Shown here in pieces: positions 37,637 to 50,553 of a stretch of 64,000 nt of DNA. The translations under genes were made by a program, and so were the position numbers. The DNA is from Phoronis australis (taxonomy: Eukaryota; Animalia; Phoronida), in the NCBI GenBank assembly GCA_002633005.1, contig NMRA01000013.1, forward strand, positions 44,033 to 108,032, in the 5' to 3' direction. The notes beneath the pieces were generated by a model. The model had not been told where the DNA came from, did not search any database, and worked only from the letters and a program-made list of their open reading frames with translations. Within the stretch, counting starts at the first letter, position 1. Each line of letters opens with the position of its first letter.

Positions 37637-38628
37637 ATTACGTTGGTACCTACTGCCTAAAAATCTAATCTACCATGGATACCAGAGAAATAGAAAACAA
37701 TACTTTGGTATCCTCAGCAAGTCTTCTACCGCGGGTACCAACAAAAATAATGAGTGACGTCACCAAAAATTTATACTTACATTGTCAATAGACGCCATTG
37801 CTAGTCATAAGAATTTAATCAGCGTCTTCGACAAAGATGTGAAAACGTGAGTAACGATGTAGAATTTTGGGCGATCGGCAATTATTTTCCGCCATTATGT
37901 TTATTACATATATCAAAATACTCTTTCAAGCCAGCTAAGACAGAGGAATAAGCATCTAAAATGAGTCAGTGGAGTGTGCAGTGCCGGCCGGGCAACAAAC
38001 ACTTTTGGACATTTCGAAGTATACGTGATAAAAATTGTACGACGACACTTACCTCACAATTCAACTGCTACAAGCTGGTTTAGTAATTGGCCCAATAATG
38101 TTGCACAAACAGCAGATTGAATGAGAAGCGTTATATGGCAGCATAGTACAGAAGTTTTAGGGAGTAGTAAAGGACACACTTCTTGTCCGATTTGTAAAAT
38201 TCCATAACCTAACCACGCGTACTTTTCAGGCACGAAGTATTCACCTATGCTATTAAAGACTTTCAAAACGATTCTTTAACAAGTACCAGTGTGTTTATGA
38301 TAGATATCATTAGCTAAAGAACGAAAACATCACCAGTCTGAGGCGATGCAATTAACTACAGCTGCATGGTGTATTTGTTCATTTTGGCAGATTCCGAAGT
38401 ACCCAAGCCGGTCGAGTTGCCCCCGACTCAGGGTGTCAACGTAGGATTCCTGTAGTTTGACTGTTATGGCCTCACGACAAATTTCGTGACAATAATTAGA
38501 TTACATAAATAAATGTGACAGTCTTTCCCCAAAACCCAGCACTGGAATCGAAGTCCGAGGATCGCATCTTAGTGAATGGATGTCGGAAACTTTTGCATGT
38601 TCGTGTACTTTCAGATCGGGTGTCCCAA

Positions 38629-38707
38629 ATGGATTATCGGCAACAACAAGCACGGACCACAATTTGTTTGCTGTTGGTTAAAATCTTGACAACAGGTGGT
38701 ATAGTTG
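38629..38707 (+). CDS. SEA-domain membrane protein, putative coding exon 1 (signal peptide-like)
   Basis: Acceptor actttcag (exon from 38615). Reads MDYRQQQARTTICLLLVKILTTGGIV plus G|gtgggt. Phase 1 fits exon 44745; alternative phase-1 donors exist at 38696 and 38699. Confidence 0.5.
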
Positions 38708-40429
38708 GTGGGTTTGTAATTTTTACTCCGTACTGTGCATAGGAGTAGGAAGGTTTGCGTTAGTGGTAGTGAGGGGTGGGGTGGGGGTGGGGTGGTGGTG
38801 TTCGCCCTTCCCCAGTAACCCGCTCCCCTTTGTCGACTTACCACCTACCAGTTTGTTTGCCTATGCGTATTTAAAGCTAGTGTTCTATATGTCCCAACCT
38901 CCATTGTATAGTCAGCCTGAGCAGCACGTTGGGGAAATTTAACTTGTGTATGTCACAGCTTAAAGTGTTAAAACGATTCGTCTTAATATACGGCTACCAT
39001 CGTCTGGAGGGTGTGAGCCGATTTTGACGTTACGACTAAAACCGATAGACCTTTCGCATATCCATGTAGAAGCTCTCTGGTGTCTCATGTCATCAAGGTG
39101 AGTTACAGGGTCGACCAGTGCAACCATTATCATACTCCGGTCATTGATACATGTATGTCAAAAACTGAAGAAACTCGTGGCTGGAGAAAGGAAGACGATT
39201 TCTTAAAACCAGTTTGGTCGAACATGCCAATTTTGTCTCCTACCTTGATTGCGGGTCTCAAAGAATGAATTGATTAAGTGGAAGAAGACTTTTACTACGA
39301 AGTATGCGGCAGTAACAGCGACAAGAGTTTGATGCCACATAACAACACAACTCAAATAACAAAACAACCTTTAAAACGTTTCCAAAAGGTTTATATACAT
39401 GTATCCTCAAATGAAACACATGCATGAGTTACTAGGTGACTGAAATATTGAAAACAGTTTGGCATAAAAATAATGACGTTTTACAAGAATTGTGTGGGTC
39501 ATGTATGTTTTCTTTGAAATCGGTTCCTATTTTTCCACCGCGTAAAAACTTCTGAACAGGGTAAGAGGCCACCGTTTCCAAATTATTCAGAATGGTTATT
39601 CCTATCGGCTTAATCAGGAGCGCCCAATTCTAACTTAAAGCTACGCACGGAATTCGACCAGAGCCTAGTCTCTAAGATGTTGGCAAAGCTAGCGCCCACA
39701 CATCTCGAGTTGCTGTTTACACCTGAAAATATAAAAAACGCTCAGAAAATAATAGACGTATAGTAACATCAAAGACCTTGCGCTTGTTGCTGAAAATGTT
39801 CGAGAAAATACAACTGGCAGAGGTAAAAATACTAACAATATTTTACACACTGACCTTCTTATACGTTGCCAGTTCTTAAAAAGTTTAATTTAGACTGACA
39901 TTATCAAAATAGCTAACTTTTACACCAAATGCCCTTTGATCTTGTGTTTATCTTTCGCAAATGGTCCCGATTTCATTGATTTTCACACTCCTGTACAAAC
40001 TGATGTCAAAACTAATGCACAGTCCCACCTATTGTCACTGGGAACATTTGAATCATTTCTTACGGATTGCAAAACTCGAGTTACAGATGTGCAACCATAA
40101 TATCAGATCCGAAATTTATTTTTTTAAACGCTCAATGCGCTTTTGTGTCTGCCAACACCATGATGATTAAGAATGACCTGCCTAGTAGAGATGGAGGTTG
40201 GCAAAGCATTATTTCGCTTGTATTTTGACAGAGGGCCAACAGGCGACAGAAAGTGTCTCAATAAAAGACGAATTCCCAAACCGAGGTAGGTTTTGCTTAA
40301 TCAGTGTCAGGGAAGGCTAAATGTCTTGTACTTGAAAAACAAGTGCCCGAAACCCCCTCCCGGCTATTCTACTAGCCAATCACGTGATGTTAATTCTAAC
40401 AGCCATCCTGTGATAATAGCTGTGATAAT

Positions 40430-43400
40430 GGGGCTATTCGGAGAATTCTCCTCGCGGTGTCGCTGCTGTACTAGTGGTGATTGAATTGCGCATGCGTGGC
40501 TGTCTGCATGTAAACAACTGGTAAAAGATGGAATTTTTATCAAAATACGTCGTCGCGCTAAGCCTTATTACTGCTAATTTCCCTGGTGCAAGTCTTCGAC
40601 AGGTGGCCACAAATTCCCAAAAGACCTAAGGTTAATATATTCGTGGACAATTGCGGTCATCAGGGACAAAAAGTGTGTGGATGCTGAAGCCCCGTGTGTG
40701 CTCTATGACTAAGCAGTTCCATTCGGAGACTACACAACATTACTTGGTAAGTTTTTAGCAATCAGTTTCTATCAACATCGTTCGGTGATGTTATCCCCAC
40801 CAGTTACCCCACTGAATAACAATTTTATTGAGTGGAACCAAGCGTTTCTTTTTGGAAACTCACCCGATGCCGGGTAGGCTAGCAGCACATATTCATTGTC
40901 CTGGGTGGGAGTGCTCCCAAAATAAGAGGTGTATGGTACGTGATGCACAGAAGTCAAGAGTGACTTTTTCACAGCAGTTTCTCTTCAAAACTATGCTGTT
41001 TCCAATAAAATTCTCTAGATGAGTGAGTTTCCTTATTTTATCGTGGACCCCACCCCCAGGACCACCAGCTCAGTTATCGAATTAACATGAATAAGCCTTA
41101 ATTCAGTAAATGTCGTAACATTGCATTGGAAAAAAATTGACACCTAGAATGAATTTTACTTGTTGAGATCAGAAGCACATTTTAAGTGTCATGAAAAATA
41201 CACATTGTTAAATCACTTTTAGCCTGTTTCACATATTTTAATTCAGATATTAAATAAGACTTGGGTACAAAGGTTATTAGTTTCTACACATAAACATGAA
41301 GATGAAATGTCAAGTATGTTCTGCCTTACAAAAGTAGTTTTGTCTTGTCTTTTCTTTTCCAATTTGCTAATATTTCTATTTTGTTACAGGCAAGAAAAAA
41401 CAACTGAAACCAACCGCCTGACCATCTATTTCACCGTTGGACAAAGTGAAAAGCAATCCTTCAGCAATAACCTGAGAGAATTGAACGTAATTCAGAAATT
41501 CAGCACCTGATATGCCTGATTATGGACTCCCTCGCAATGTTGTTTCTTTCTGTGCTTTTTCAGTTTGCCATTTGTTTTTAAATACACTGATAATTGTTTA
41601 TTCTCGAATCTTGTGCATAGCAGATTCTTATCCAGCTAGCTACAATTGAAAACATACAATAAGACGATGCAGTCACTGAATGTCATTTCCCCATAATCTG
41701 TACCAAATTGAAAAGTTTTTACCAATAGTATAAAGCCTTTCTTCTGAAAGGAAAATTTAATGTCACTCAGCTTTTGGCTTTCATTTCACTGGGTTCTAGT
41801 TTCAATGGCCTATAGAAGCGCTTGTAAAAAAGGTCCAGTTTCAACACGTGGCTTTCTTTCATGTAACCTCATTCAGCCTCAATAACATCCACAATTAGAC
41901 CCTTGAAGGTAAACACAGCAGCATATCACTTGAATCGTTTTGAGCCCAAAATCAGACTCTGAACTAGACCAGAGTGTGACTAGGTCTTCTTTAGCTTCAG
42001 TCCCTCATGTTTCTTCCAGGAAAGGAAATAAGCTATTGTCCACACATGACTCATTGCCTATGAAAGGGCATCCTCACCAACAAGGCTTATTTGTGTAGCA
42101 GTCAGATATAGTTCGTCTGGATACACAGACACTCCACTGGCACATTGTCTTATGGTAACTTAGTACTGCGATTCACATTTCTCCAGGGCCACTGACTTGC
42201 ACATTGTGCCATGCAGCACTGCTGGTGTGTGGAAGTGCTGTGGGAAGAGAACGGAGTAACAAAGCTTGTCTATGATACAGCTTGAAGTGGCCTTAAAATG
42301 TCACTGAACCTGGAACAAATATTGAAATATGAATAATTAAGTACTCCAGATTGGATCAAAAATGTTATCCCTGTTTTTCAAAAATATATGGTGATTGGTC
42401 TACAGTTTCACATAAAAGTAAATAATTACTATTTTCAGAAACCAAGGGTGTATATAATGAGTATTGCATAAAACTGTGTCTTTATTTTTTATCCCTAGCC
42501 ATAACAATTCTTTAAACGCATCACTTGTCTGTAAAATATACAAGTTTTTTGAGACAACTTCAAACCTTTGTTACCCATTTTCAAGCCTTTTTAATTTTGA
42601 TACTTTCAGCAATTTTAAACTCAGATTACAGGTTCATGGGTCTGTCAAGCATACTTCTAGCCTAAGGTTGAGGGAACCGTTTTTCTTCTAATAGAAGATA
42701 TGAAGACTTGGGTCATTTAAAAATGATGGATAATCTTTCTGTTGTTTAAGAGTAATTACAAATCGTAAGGCACCATCAAAAATGCAATTTTCACAAAAAT
42801 GGCAGTCATTTGAATTTATAACGACTTGCAACATTTCAAGGCATGAGTTAAGACTATTCAGTCACTGTGAATTCGGAAAATGTAATATATTTTCGTGGTT
42901 TTACAATTGATACAAGTAGCAAAACAGTTTCATGAAATCAACTTGAAGGGACTTCGTGAAGGTTAAGAATTACCTCACCATGCTCTTTTCCCCAAACATG
43001 TATTACCTGTTATTTCCACACATTCAGTTGTACCAAATATTACAACCCCCCATGCCAATCCCCCCTCGGGACCTGAATAAGTAATTTAACAAAATGACTT
43101 TAAAAATAGCTGTTCCTTTTCAAAGGCTTTGTTCGTTGTCTCCAATATTGAAAGTAGGCTTTGACAACAGATCTGCACTGGATGGGAAGATCTTGTTGGT
43201 TAGCTGCAGTCAAATGCTAAAAACCAATTTTTGTCCATTCAGGGACGGTGCAGAAGCGATGCATATCTCCTCTGCACGGTACAAGCCTTCAAACCTAAAA
43301 ACCAAAGGTTACGTGAAAACTGACCTGATAGATTTCCATTTCAACGTGTAATAGATTTCCAGAAGACATATGATAGGGAGTAAACAAATAGTCTAATGCA

Positions 43401-43923
43401 ATGGATATTTATCACTCACGTACCCTTTGCCATTGGGATTGGATTGTAATCTTAACTCATTAACCTGTATCGAGTTGACAGCATAAACATTCAGCATTGA
43501 TTGATGTAACTGTCACTGATAAACTTTTAGAAATCATTCCAAACAATAATAATGCTTTGATGTACGAAAAGATCCCGATTGCTACGTCAAGTATCGTATC
43601 ACATATCACAACATACAAAGATTAACCAGACTCTGGCTGGCGACTGACTGCCGCGAAGTCGACATTGGCGAGTGCCTCAGTTAACAGGCATCGGTAGAAT
43701 AATCATGGAATAATCGTTAAAATAATCACAAACCTTACCTTTGTATGAGGTGGTGCTTACTTCCTCTCATAGAAGCACCCTTTTTACGCAATCTCAGATT
43801 CAGTTGGCACGGCTGCAAGCCATTTCACCATGTATTTAAAGGGCTCACGAAATCGAGGCTGTTAATCTATCACCACTAGTACACGCACGCCCTCTAGTTA
43901 TTGTAGATTTTCCGAATAGCCCC
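40430..43923. mobile_element. Decayed, internally deleted ISL2EU transposon in intron 1 of the SEA gene
   Basis: AT|GGGGCTATTCGGA...TCCGAATAGCCCC|AT. + strand spliced THAP remnant (C*FPWC...HKFPKD...W...VCS...DY|gt at ~40560-40746; KKQLKPTA*PSI at ~41390). - strand SAP-like (~43740-43832), SWIM-like (~43100-43290) and YqaJ-like (TPAVLHG...FTFKGLIVDVI, ~41870-42310) remnants. Confidence 0.85.
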
Positions 43924-44744
43924 ATTGTTATGCATAAAAGAAAGACGCACAGGGGTCGGATCGAAAACCCACGGTCGGTGACTTATGCCTGTGATCGGTA
44001 TTGAATTATTCTCAAGTTAGTTTTGGGGAAAATTTTCGCTATGTAGCACATGTTCTTTAAATGATTCTCAAGTTAGTTTTGGGGAAATTTTCGGTACACA
44101 ACACATGCGAAAGTATCATGCGCTAATGACTCATTGGCAAAAACACACAAGAATGACCTCATATCCAAACAAACTGCACGGCTCTATATTTGGAGACCAG
44201 TCGCATTATGGGCTTATACTTCCGAAAAAATAATACAAACTATCACAGTTTCTTTGCCACAGGTTTTAGTGATTGCCTTCTGTTTTAAAGTCACAGCCGT
44301 TCTACGGTCTTTATCTTCAATAGAATATGTAAAGAGTATTAACATACCCTTTTCTCTGATAGTTGCAAGTTTTACTTTACTATGTGCCTTGGTCACGTGA
44401 CGAGTTATAATCGGCCGGTACCGCCGCTCAGTTGAGTTCCTTCACGATGCTTATCATGATCGGTTGACTATTATCGATGACTTCTTTTTGACGCCGACGC
44501 CCAGCTGGAACTCCCAAAAATTAGCCTGACTGTCGACAGCAAACTTATCGGACCGGCGTTGCAAGCTCCATGCGACCGAGGCATTAGGAGGACCGTCGCT
44601 CATATTTTTGTGTGAGCGTAGAACTATTTTCAGAAGTTCCTGGCATCGCACTCCAGACCTACGCACTGTAAAAACAAAATGCGAACAACATTTTCCACTA
44701 AATGTTGAATAAAAATTTTTTTTTATGAACTTTGTTTTGTGCAG

Positions 44745-44860
44745 ATGGTATTACAAAACTTCGGATAGAAATGACGTTCGACGGTCTGGACTACATAGAT
44801 GCATATACAAACCTTTCAAATCCGGATACAGCTAGAATGATTGAACAGCTGAACATCGCC
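44745..44860 (+). CDS. SEA-domain membrane protein, exon 2 (SEA N-part)
   Basis: ttttgtgcag|...|gtaagt; (D)GITKLRIEMTFDGLDYIDAYTNLSNPDTARMIEQLNIA. Confidence 0.85.
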
Positions 44861-45606
44861 GTAAGTATATCTAAAATAACAAATGGTGTCCGACACTCGA
44901 TTTCTGTGAATTTCATCTCATAATTGTATGTTAAGATGACCTTTTCGGGACTTTTTGGTAATAATCAAAGACTACGTACGTGGTGTTTTCCTGTTCCTGA
45001 TGCGGGAAGCTGTCGTTAGTGAAAAATCTAGATATCAAAGATTCCCTCGAAAGTATTTTTGTTATTCTGGATGTATTGGTTGTCCAGATGTCCCAGCAAT
45101 GCTTTAGCAACGCAAGAAAACACGATTTAAACAATCAAATGCAGGAACGTTAAATGATACGTAAAGTAACTTTTTCTCGTCAAATTGCCTCGCCGTCCAA
45201 TAGCAGTTATTTTGAACAGTTGCCGGCACAAGCGAAAGAATGTGTATCTGGTCTGGGTTCCAGAGTCGAAAAGCAAAGTGTGCGTGTGATGTTTTATTTG
45301 TATCTGTTGGAATAAACTGAAAATTGTTGCAGTAACGTAGACGATAACCACGCATTAAATCTTACCGTTCATTAGAGTACGTTTGACTACGTATGATTCA
45401 GTGTGATCAAAGTGTTGCTTTTATTTAGTAATAATTGAATTTACGCGTTACGTTCAACGTGTAGGCTATGTTCTGCAAACAGACGGGTGCAAGAATAATC
45501 GCACATTTTTTTTGAGATTTCTAGTTGATTAAGGTTATGTTCAATGCACAATTGGTGGCAAAGTTGAAAGGCATCACAAGATCGAAAACTTTCTCTCTCG
45601 TTTTAG

Positions 45607-45668
45607 CTGGATCCGCTATACTCCAAGATCATTCCGGGATTTAAAAGTATGAACGTCATCCAACTAAG
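45607..45668 (+). CDS. SEA-domain membrane protein, exon 3
   Basis: ttttag|LDPLYSKIIPGFKSMNVIQL(R)|gtaata; phases 0 to 2 are consistent. Confidence 0.85.
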
Positions 45669-45954
45669 GTAATACAATTGTGAAACTCGTCTAATGTCGA
45701 AAGGATTTGATTTAGCTTTTTATTGAACCAACCACAACTTAATGCAACCTGGTTTTTTATTAGACACGTATTTACAAGTATAAATCAACTGATTGAAAGT
45801 CATTCATACTCTGTGAAGTAACAAGCCAGAGACAGCGCTGATACGAATCATAACGGCGGTTGATGAGTACAACATTAGTGATTGGCAATGAATGTATATT
45901 TTTCAATAGATTTCTGTGAAACTGCAGCCAATATGTTTCCACAGTTATTACTTC

Positions 45955-46045
45955 CGCTGGTTTGTCCATACCCACCGGAGTTACTCGAGGCTCTATTCTT
46001 GGTCCACTTCTCCTTTTAATTTACTCAAATGACCTCACATACACG
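45955..46045 (+). mobile_element. Small LINE RT fragment (CR1/L2 group)
   Basis: TGVTRGSILGPLLLLIYSNDL matches the GVPQGSILGPLLFLIYINDL motif. Confidence 0.7.
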
Positions 46046-47545
46046 TATTCTTCTCCCTTCACTTCTTCACGTGGGTGTTCAAATGGGAAGTATAGACTAC
46101 CTCCAAGTAACGTAATGAAATATTAGGTGTTTGGTTAAAGGTTATGTATTACCTTGTCTACAAGTCTGTGTACATAGCCAAAATATGCAAAAATTATGAA
46201 AAGTAAATTCTGCAATTGTATATACCTTGTGAAAGTAGAAATCTTGTAAACTATGATTTTCAACTTTGTTCCAATCTGTCACTAATTGGACCGTCCAGGT
46301 AACCATGTTTTCGTTAGTGGAATTCGGCAAAGCAGAGAAATACACTCCTAGCGAACCAACCGTATGTATAACATGACCAAATTTCATTTATTATACATGA
46401 TCAAGATCAAATGTCAAAAACACCATTCTCTTATTACAGAGCTTTTTTTTTTTTTCTTAACAATCATGAAAGTCTCATTTTTGATATTAGACTCTCGTGG
46501 CAAAAGCGGAAGATTTTAAGAACAATTCCCAACACGGTTTTGAATAACAGCGCGCAAATTATAGTATGAGAAAGTTTCAACTGAATCTAAGCAGCCATTT
46601 CTGAGATATGATGTTCCAAAGTTAGCCAAATTTGGTTACCACTCACGACGTCCCTTTTGTAGGTATTGCAGACAAAGACTTCAAGTTGCATTTTGCCCTG
46701 ATTAGTTAGCTAGAAAAACGAAAATCGAATTAATCGTTTTACTCTCATAGAATCCGAGTCTCATAATATTGCTTACCGTAATTTTATTTAAATTACTATC
46801 AAGAATGTTGAAGCCTTCAACGCCAATGACTCAAGAAAACGCACGAGTTCGGATTAGCAAACTGTGTATTTACAAATTCAGAAATGACGCATGTACGCAT
46901 TTCCTGCCACTAGAGTTGGTAACAGAATTGCAATATTGTCACGGTAAGAAATGTTATTAGAAATATTTTATGAAAGTGAGTGTCTAATTCGTTTTTTAGA
47001 CAGCTAAGGAGGGTGTACAAACTGGATGGACGCGTCTATAACTTGAAGCCCCTGAATCTCAATCTAAGATTCAGCTCACTACTTGTCCTCCAGTAAAACA
47101 ATGGAATTACACCGTGAAGTGTTGGCAACAGTAACAAACTGCAGACAGTCAAAACAACGTCCCTGTCACTCTTTGTATTGTGCCTCTCTCCTTCCCTTGC
47201 CTCTGCTACCCATTCTCTCTGTTTTTGGGTAGCAGAATGATTGGCTTAGAATGCTGAAAGATATTTATACAGTCGATTTTTCTGAAGTCAGCAATAAAAA
47301 CGACAATAATTGTTTTTATATGCGCTAACTGCAAAGCGATACCGAAGCTAGTTTACAGTGAAACAACACGTGTAGATGAGATAAAAGGCCATATATATTA
47401 TGACAAACTAAACTACTACAGATATCGGTAATTACAAAAGTTACATAATATATTGAACTGTAAAGGTGGGTGACTGTCAAAACAATATGATAATGAGGAC
47501 AAAGCAGTATAGCTTACATAAAATAATTTAATACTTAATTTTTAG

Positions 47546-47706
47546 GCCTGGCACACTGGTTGTGGTTCAAGACATTTTCATACAATACTCAGGCAAATAT
47601 GACCAAAACTCAGTCATCAAGAAAATATATACTGAGTTGCAGTCCATGAACCACTTGATCACCGTGGATGATGTCATTGTTTCTATTCTTGAACTGTACT
47701 TCCCGC
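47546..47706 (+). CDS. SEA-domain membrane protein, exon 4 (SEA C-part)
   Basis: tttttag|(R)PGTLVVVQDIFIQYSGKYDQNSVIKKIYTELQSMNHLITVDDVIVSILELYFP|gtaagt. LRPGTLVV corresponds to the SEA motif FRPGSVVV; phases 2 to 1. Confidence 0.85.
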
Positions 47707-47779
47707 GTAAGTAGTTCTCTTTACACTTTATCTCCGAAGAAAATGCTGAACACTTGTTCCACTTAGAATCGACCAAAAC

Positions 47780-48055
47780 AATGCGCGCACCCAGCCTAAA
47801 ATATAGGGGTTTCGAGTTTTTGAGAATGTGGACCTTTTACCAAAAAAAAAAATAGAAAAAAGAGAAAAAGAAGAAAAAATGGGTACGTTCAGAGCTATGG
47901 ATTGTGCATTCGCCAAATTCCTGCCTTTTTAGTGGACTTTTGACTCGTTTTCTCGGACTTTTTGTTTCTCTGAGATGGACCTTTTTACCCACTTCGCCAA
48001 ACGGGGGGAGCTTGTTCAAGCCTCCCAGAGACCCCACCCCCCGGGTGCGCGCATG
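47780..48055. mobile_element. MITE with 5-bp TSD (hAT5-like)
   Basis: (A)ATGCGCGCACCC...GGGTGCGCGCATG; exact duplication AAAAC (47775-47779, 48056-48060). Confidence 0.75.
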
Positions 48056-48134
48056 AAAACACGAACTGCTTTAAGTTGTACGATTCCTGAAAATTAAACA
48101 ATTTCCACACCTAACACATCTTTGCAGCAGAGAT

Positions 48135-48431
48135 CAGGACCTGGGGTCTAATCGTTTCACTCGAAATCGAGTCGAGAACAGTAGTAGACGCGTACGTTTC
48201 TAGTCCAAAATCAACTCGAGAGTAAAAACTTGATTTTTAGGGCAAGCTCAAACTTTTAGTTTCATAGCATCATCAAGTGCGAACTAGGATTAGTAATCCT
48301 TCACGAAAACCCATGTGTATTTGAACATAGAATTATAGACACATATCTCGAGTCTGCACAAAGTAGAATAAAATGACGTCAAAAATAATTTCGAGTTCGT
48401 GTAAAAAGATTTATTTAGATCCCGGGTCCTG
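48135..48431. mobile_element. MITE
   Basis: Inverted termini CAGGACCTGGGGTCTA...TAGATCCCGGGTCCTG. Confidence 0.6.
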
Positions 48432-49652
48432 ACGAGTATTTTTAGATTTTACCTGAGATAACGAGGTGACCACAAAACCTGTTCGATATAGTCAAGGTTA
48501 TCGCTAATTAGATAGAATTTCAAAATATTCGTCATCTTGTATTCACAAGTGTAGAAGCACAATGAATTTCATAATTGCAAAAGCTATTAAAATAGAAATA
48601 TTTAAGAAAATATAACCTCGCCTTCCACCACAAAATGATTGATACCATTTAAAGTTATGAGCCTGCCCTCATATTCTTCTGGAGTCAATCATTTTGGGGT
48701 TTCGAAAGAACTGTCACTTGTTACTCGACTGAGATCAGGTTCTACAAGTTGGCTTGTCCCGGCGTATCATTTTATGCACCTAGCATGGTCTCGAGTAATA
48801 ACGAACAGTTCGTTTTTGCAAACCACAGAGCACTTCTCATCTCAGTAAGGGACAATTAGTTGAGATCAGTTTTATAACGGAAAGTGGTCAGGTTCTTGGA
48901 CGGAACGCAGGTTTGTTTCATTTTAAAAAATGCATTCCTATGTTGAAACAGCAAAATTTGTGAATAAGACAGAGACAATGGTTTTCGCATGACGACAATA
49001 GAACGGGTTTTGACCAAACTGGTCTAAGTTAACACACGTTTTTAAAACCTTTCAACTAAATGAAGCGCAAAGTAACTGCCCACTCTTCAGCAGCATGTGT
49101 TAATATGAGCTTCATAATATTTCAAGTTGTCGGTGTCGATTTCATCATATCATGAACAAAACATTACCAACTACTGTTTGGTAACCACCATCTCATTTAT
49201 CTAGGCTCAAACACCCATGAGAACAAAGATGGCGACAGCGGCTGGGGTAAGATTCAAAATTTAGATAAAACATAAGAAACGAAACTCCAAAATTTCCCTT
49301 GTATTAGGCAAAAAGCGCAACTAATTCTGGTCTCTACCGCGGCTCATTTGGAAACCAACGCTCACCAAACTGAAAAAACACCGCTTGCATAAATTCAGTC
49401 AGCCAAGGAGTGATTATTTGAAAAGTTGAATAAAGCCACGTAATCTAGGGTGAGCATGGTTTGAAAAGCTATGATTTGCCGAGCAATGAGTATATTAAAA
49501 ATTTGCGCATCATTTTTGCTCGTCTCTGGTGGATTTTCTTTTTTGAAAAATTGAGCAACCATAGGCATTATAAGGCCGTAAATGTGGATTGCGTGTTCTT
49601 CTAGTAAGCTGTTAGACACAAGTATGTACTATAATTATATTCTTTTATTTAG

Positions 49653-49706
49653 GCAAAGCAAACACCACCGTGAAAATTGAAGGTCGGCCCTCACCAACCG
49701 AGCAAG
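49653..49706 (+). CDS. SEA-domain membrane protein, exon 5 (stalk)
   Basis: ttttatttag|(R)KANTTVKIEGRPSPTEQ|gttata; 54 nt, phase 1-1; weak donor. Confidence 0.6.
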
Positions 49707-49945
49707 GTTATAAATTTTCGACAGCTACAACTTCTATTTAATAGCTACTCTTCACAGCGAGAGTTACACTCGAGTCAACACAAGTTCCTTATCTCTAAAG
49801 ATGTGCTTCACTTCTCAACAGAAATAATGACGACCGTAGTAAAGCTACAATTCGCTAACATTAAGTACTGTAACGTTGCCAGTAAGTGTAAAGTGAACGT
49901 ATGTTGACTTCGTGAGCAGATTACTAATATTAAAATATTTTGCAG

Positions 49946-49984
49946 TTGAATTTGGAATGGCTCATGCTCAACAGAACAAACAAA
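49946..49984 (+). CDS. SEA-domain membrane protein, exon 6 (stalk)
   Basis: ttttgcag|(V)EFGMAHAQQNKQ|gtaagt; 39 nt, phase 1-1. Confidence 0.6.
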
Positions 49985-50421
49985 GTAAGTCAAATTTGTT
50001 ACTGTGTAGTAAAAATGATAGTGGAAGTCCATGTGACAGACGTATTCCCAAGGGTAGAAAGATAAAGCGGCGATTGTGTTGTTCTGAGAGAAAATAATCT
50101 TTTCAGTTCGTGCAGAAGTGTAAGAATATCCAAATGCTAAGTAGCTGGCGCCCATAGAAGGCACACACCAGTTGGAGGGTGACCACCTGGCGGAGGATGA
50201 CAGGAAGAACCGTAGTTGAAATCTTCAGTTGCGCATACACGTAATATGTGAATTTAGGATTTTCATAGCAACGCATTTCCCACCTTTGTAAGTGTAAAAT
50301 CCGATTGTGTCGCTTAGGAATGAGCTGTTTTCACGTGACATATGCCTAAGCCGTACAACAATGCCGGCATGGAAATAAATTGTCAACTGTACAAGTATGG
50401 CCTCGAATCCCTCTTTTACAG

Positions 50422-50553
50422 AGTCCGGCATAGGGTCAGGCGCATTAGCGGCTATTGTCATTGCTGCAGTAGCTGTGGTGGCTACCATAGTGGGAGTAGT
50501 CCTGTACTTGAGGAGAAAGAAAATAGCCCGCAACCCCGCCAACACGACGAAAG
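50422..50553 (+). CDS. SEA-domain membrane protein, exon 7 (transmembrane helix)
   Basis: ttttacag|SGIGSGALAAIVIAAVAVVATIVGVVLYLRRKKIARNPANTTK|gtaata; hydrophobic helix followed by a basic stop-transfer segment. Confidence 0.9.
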
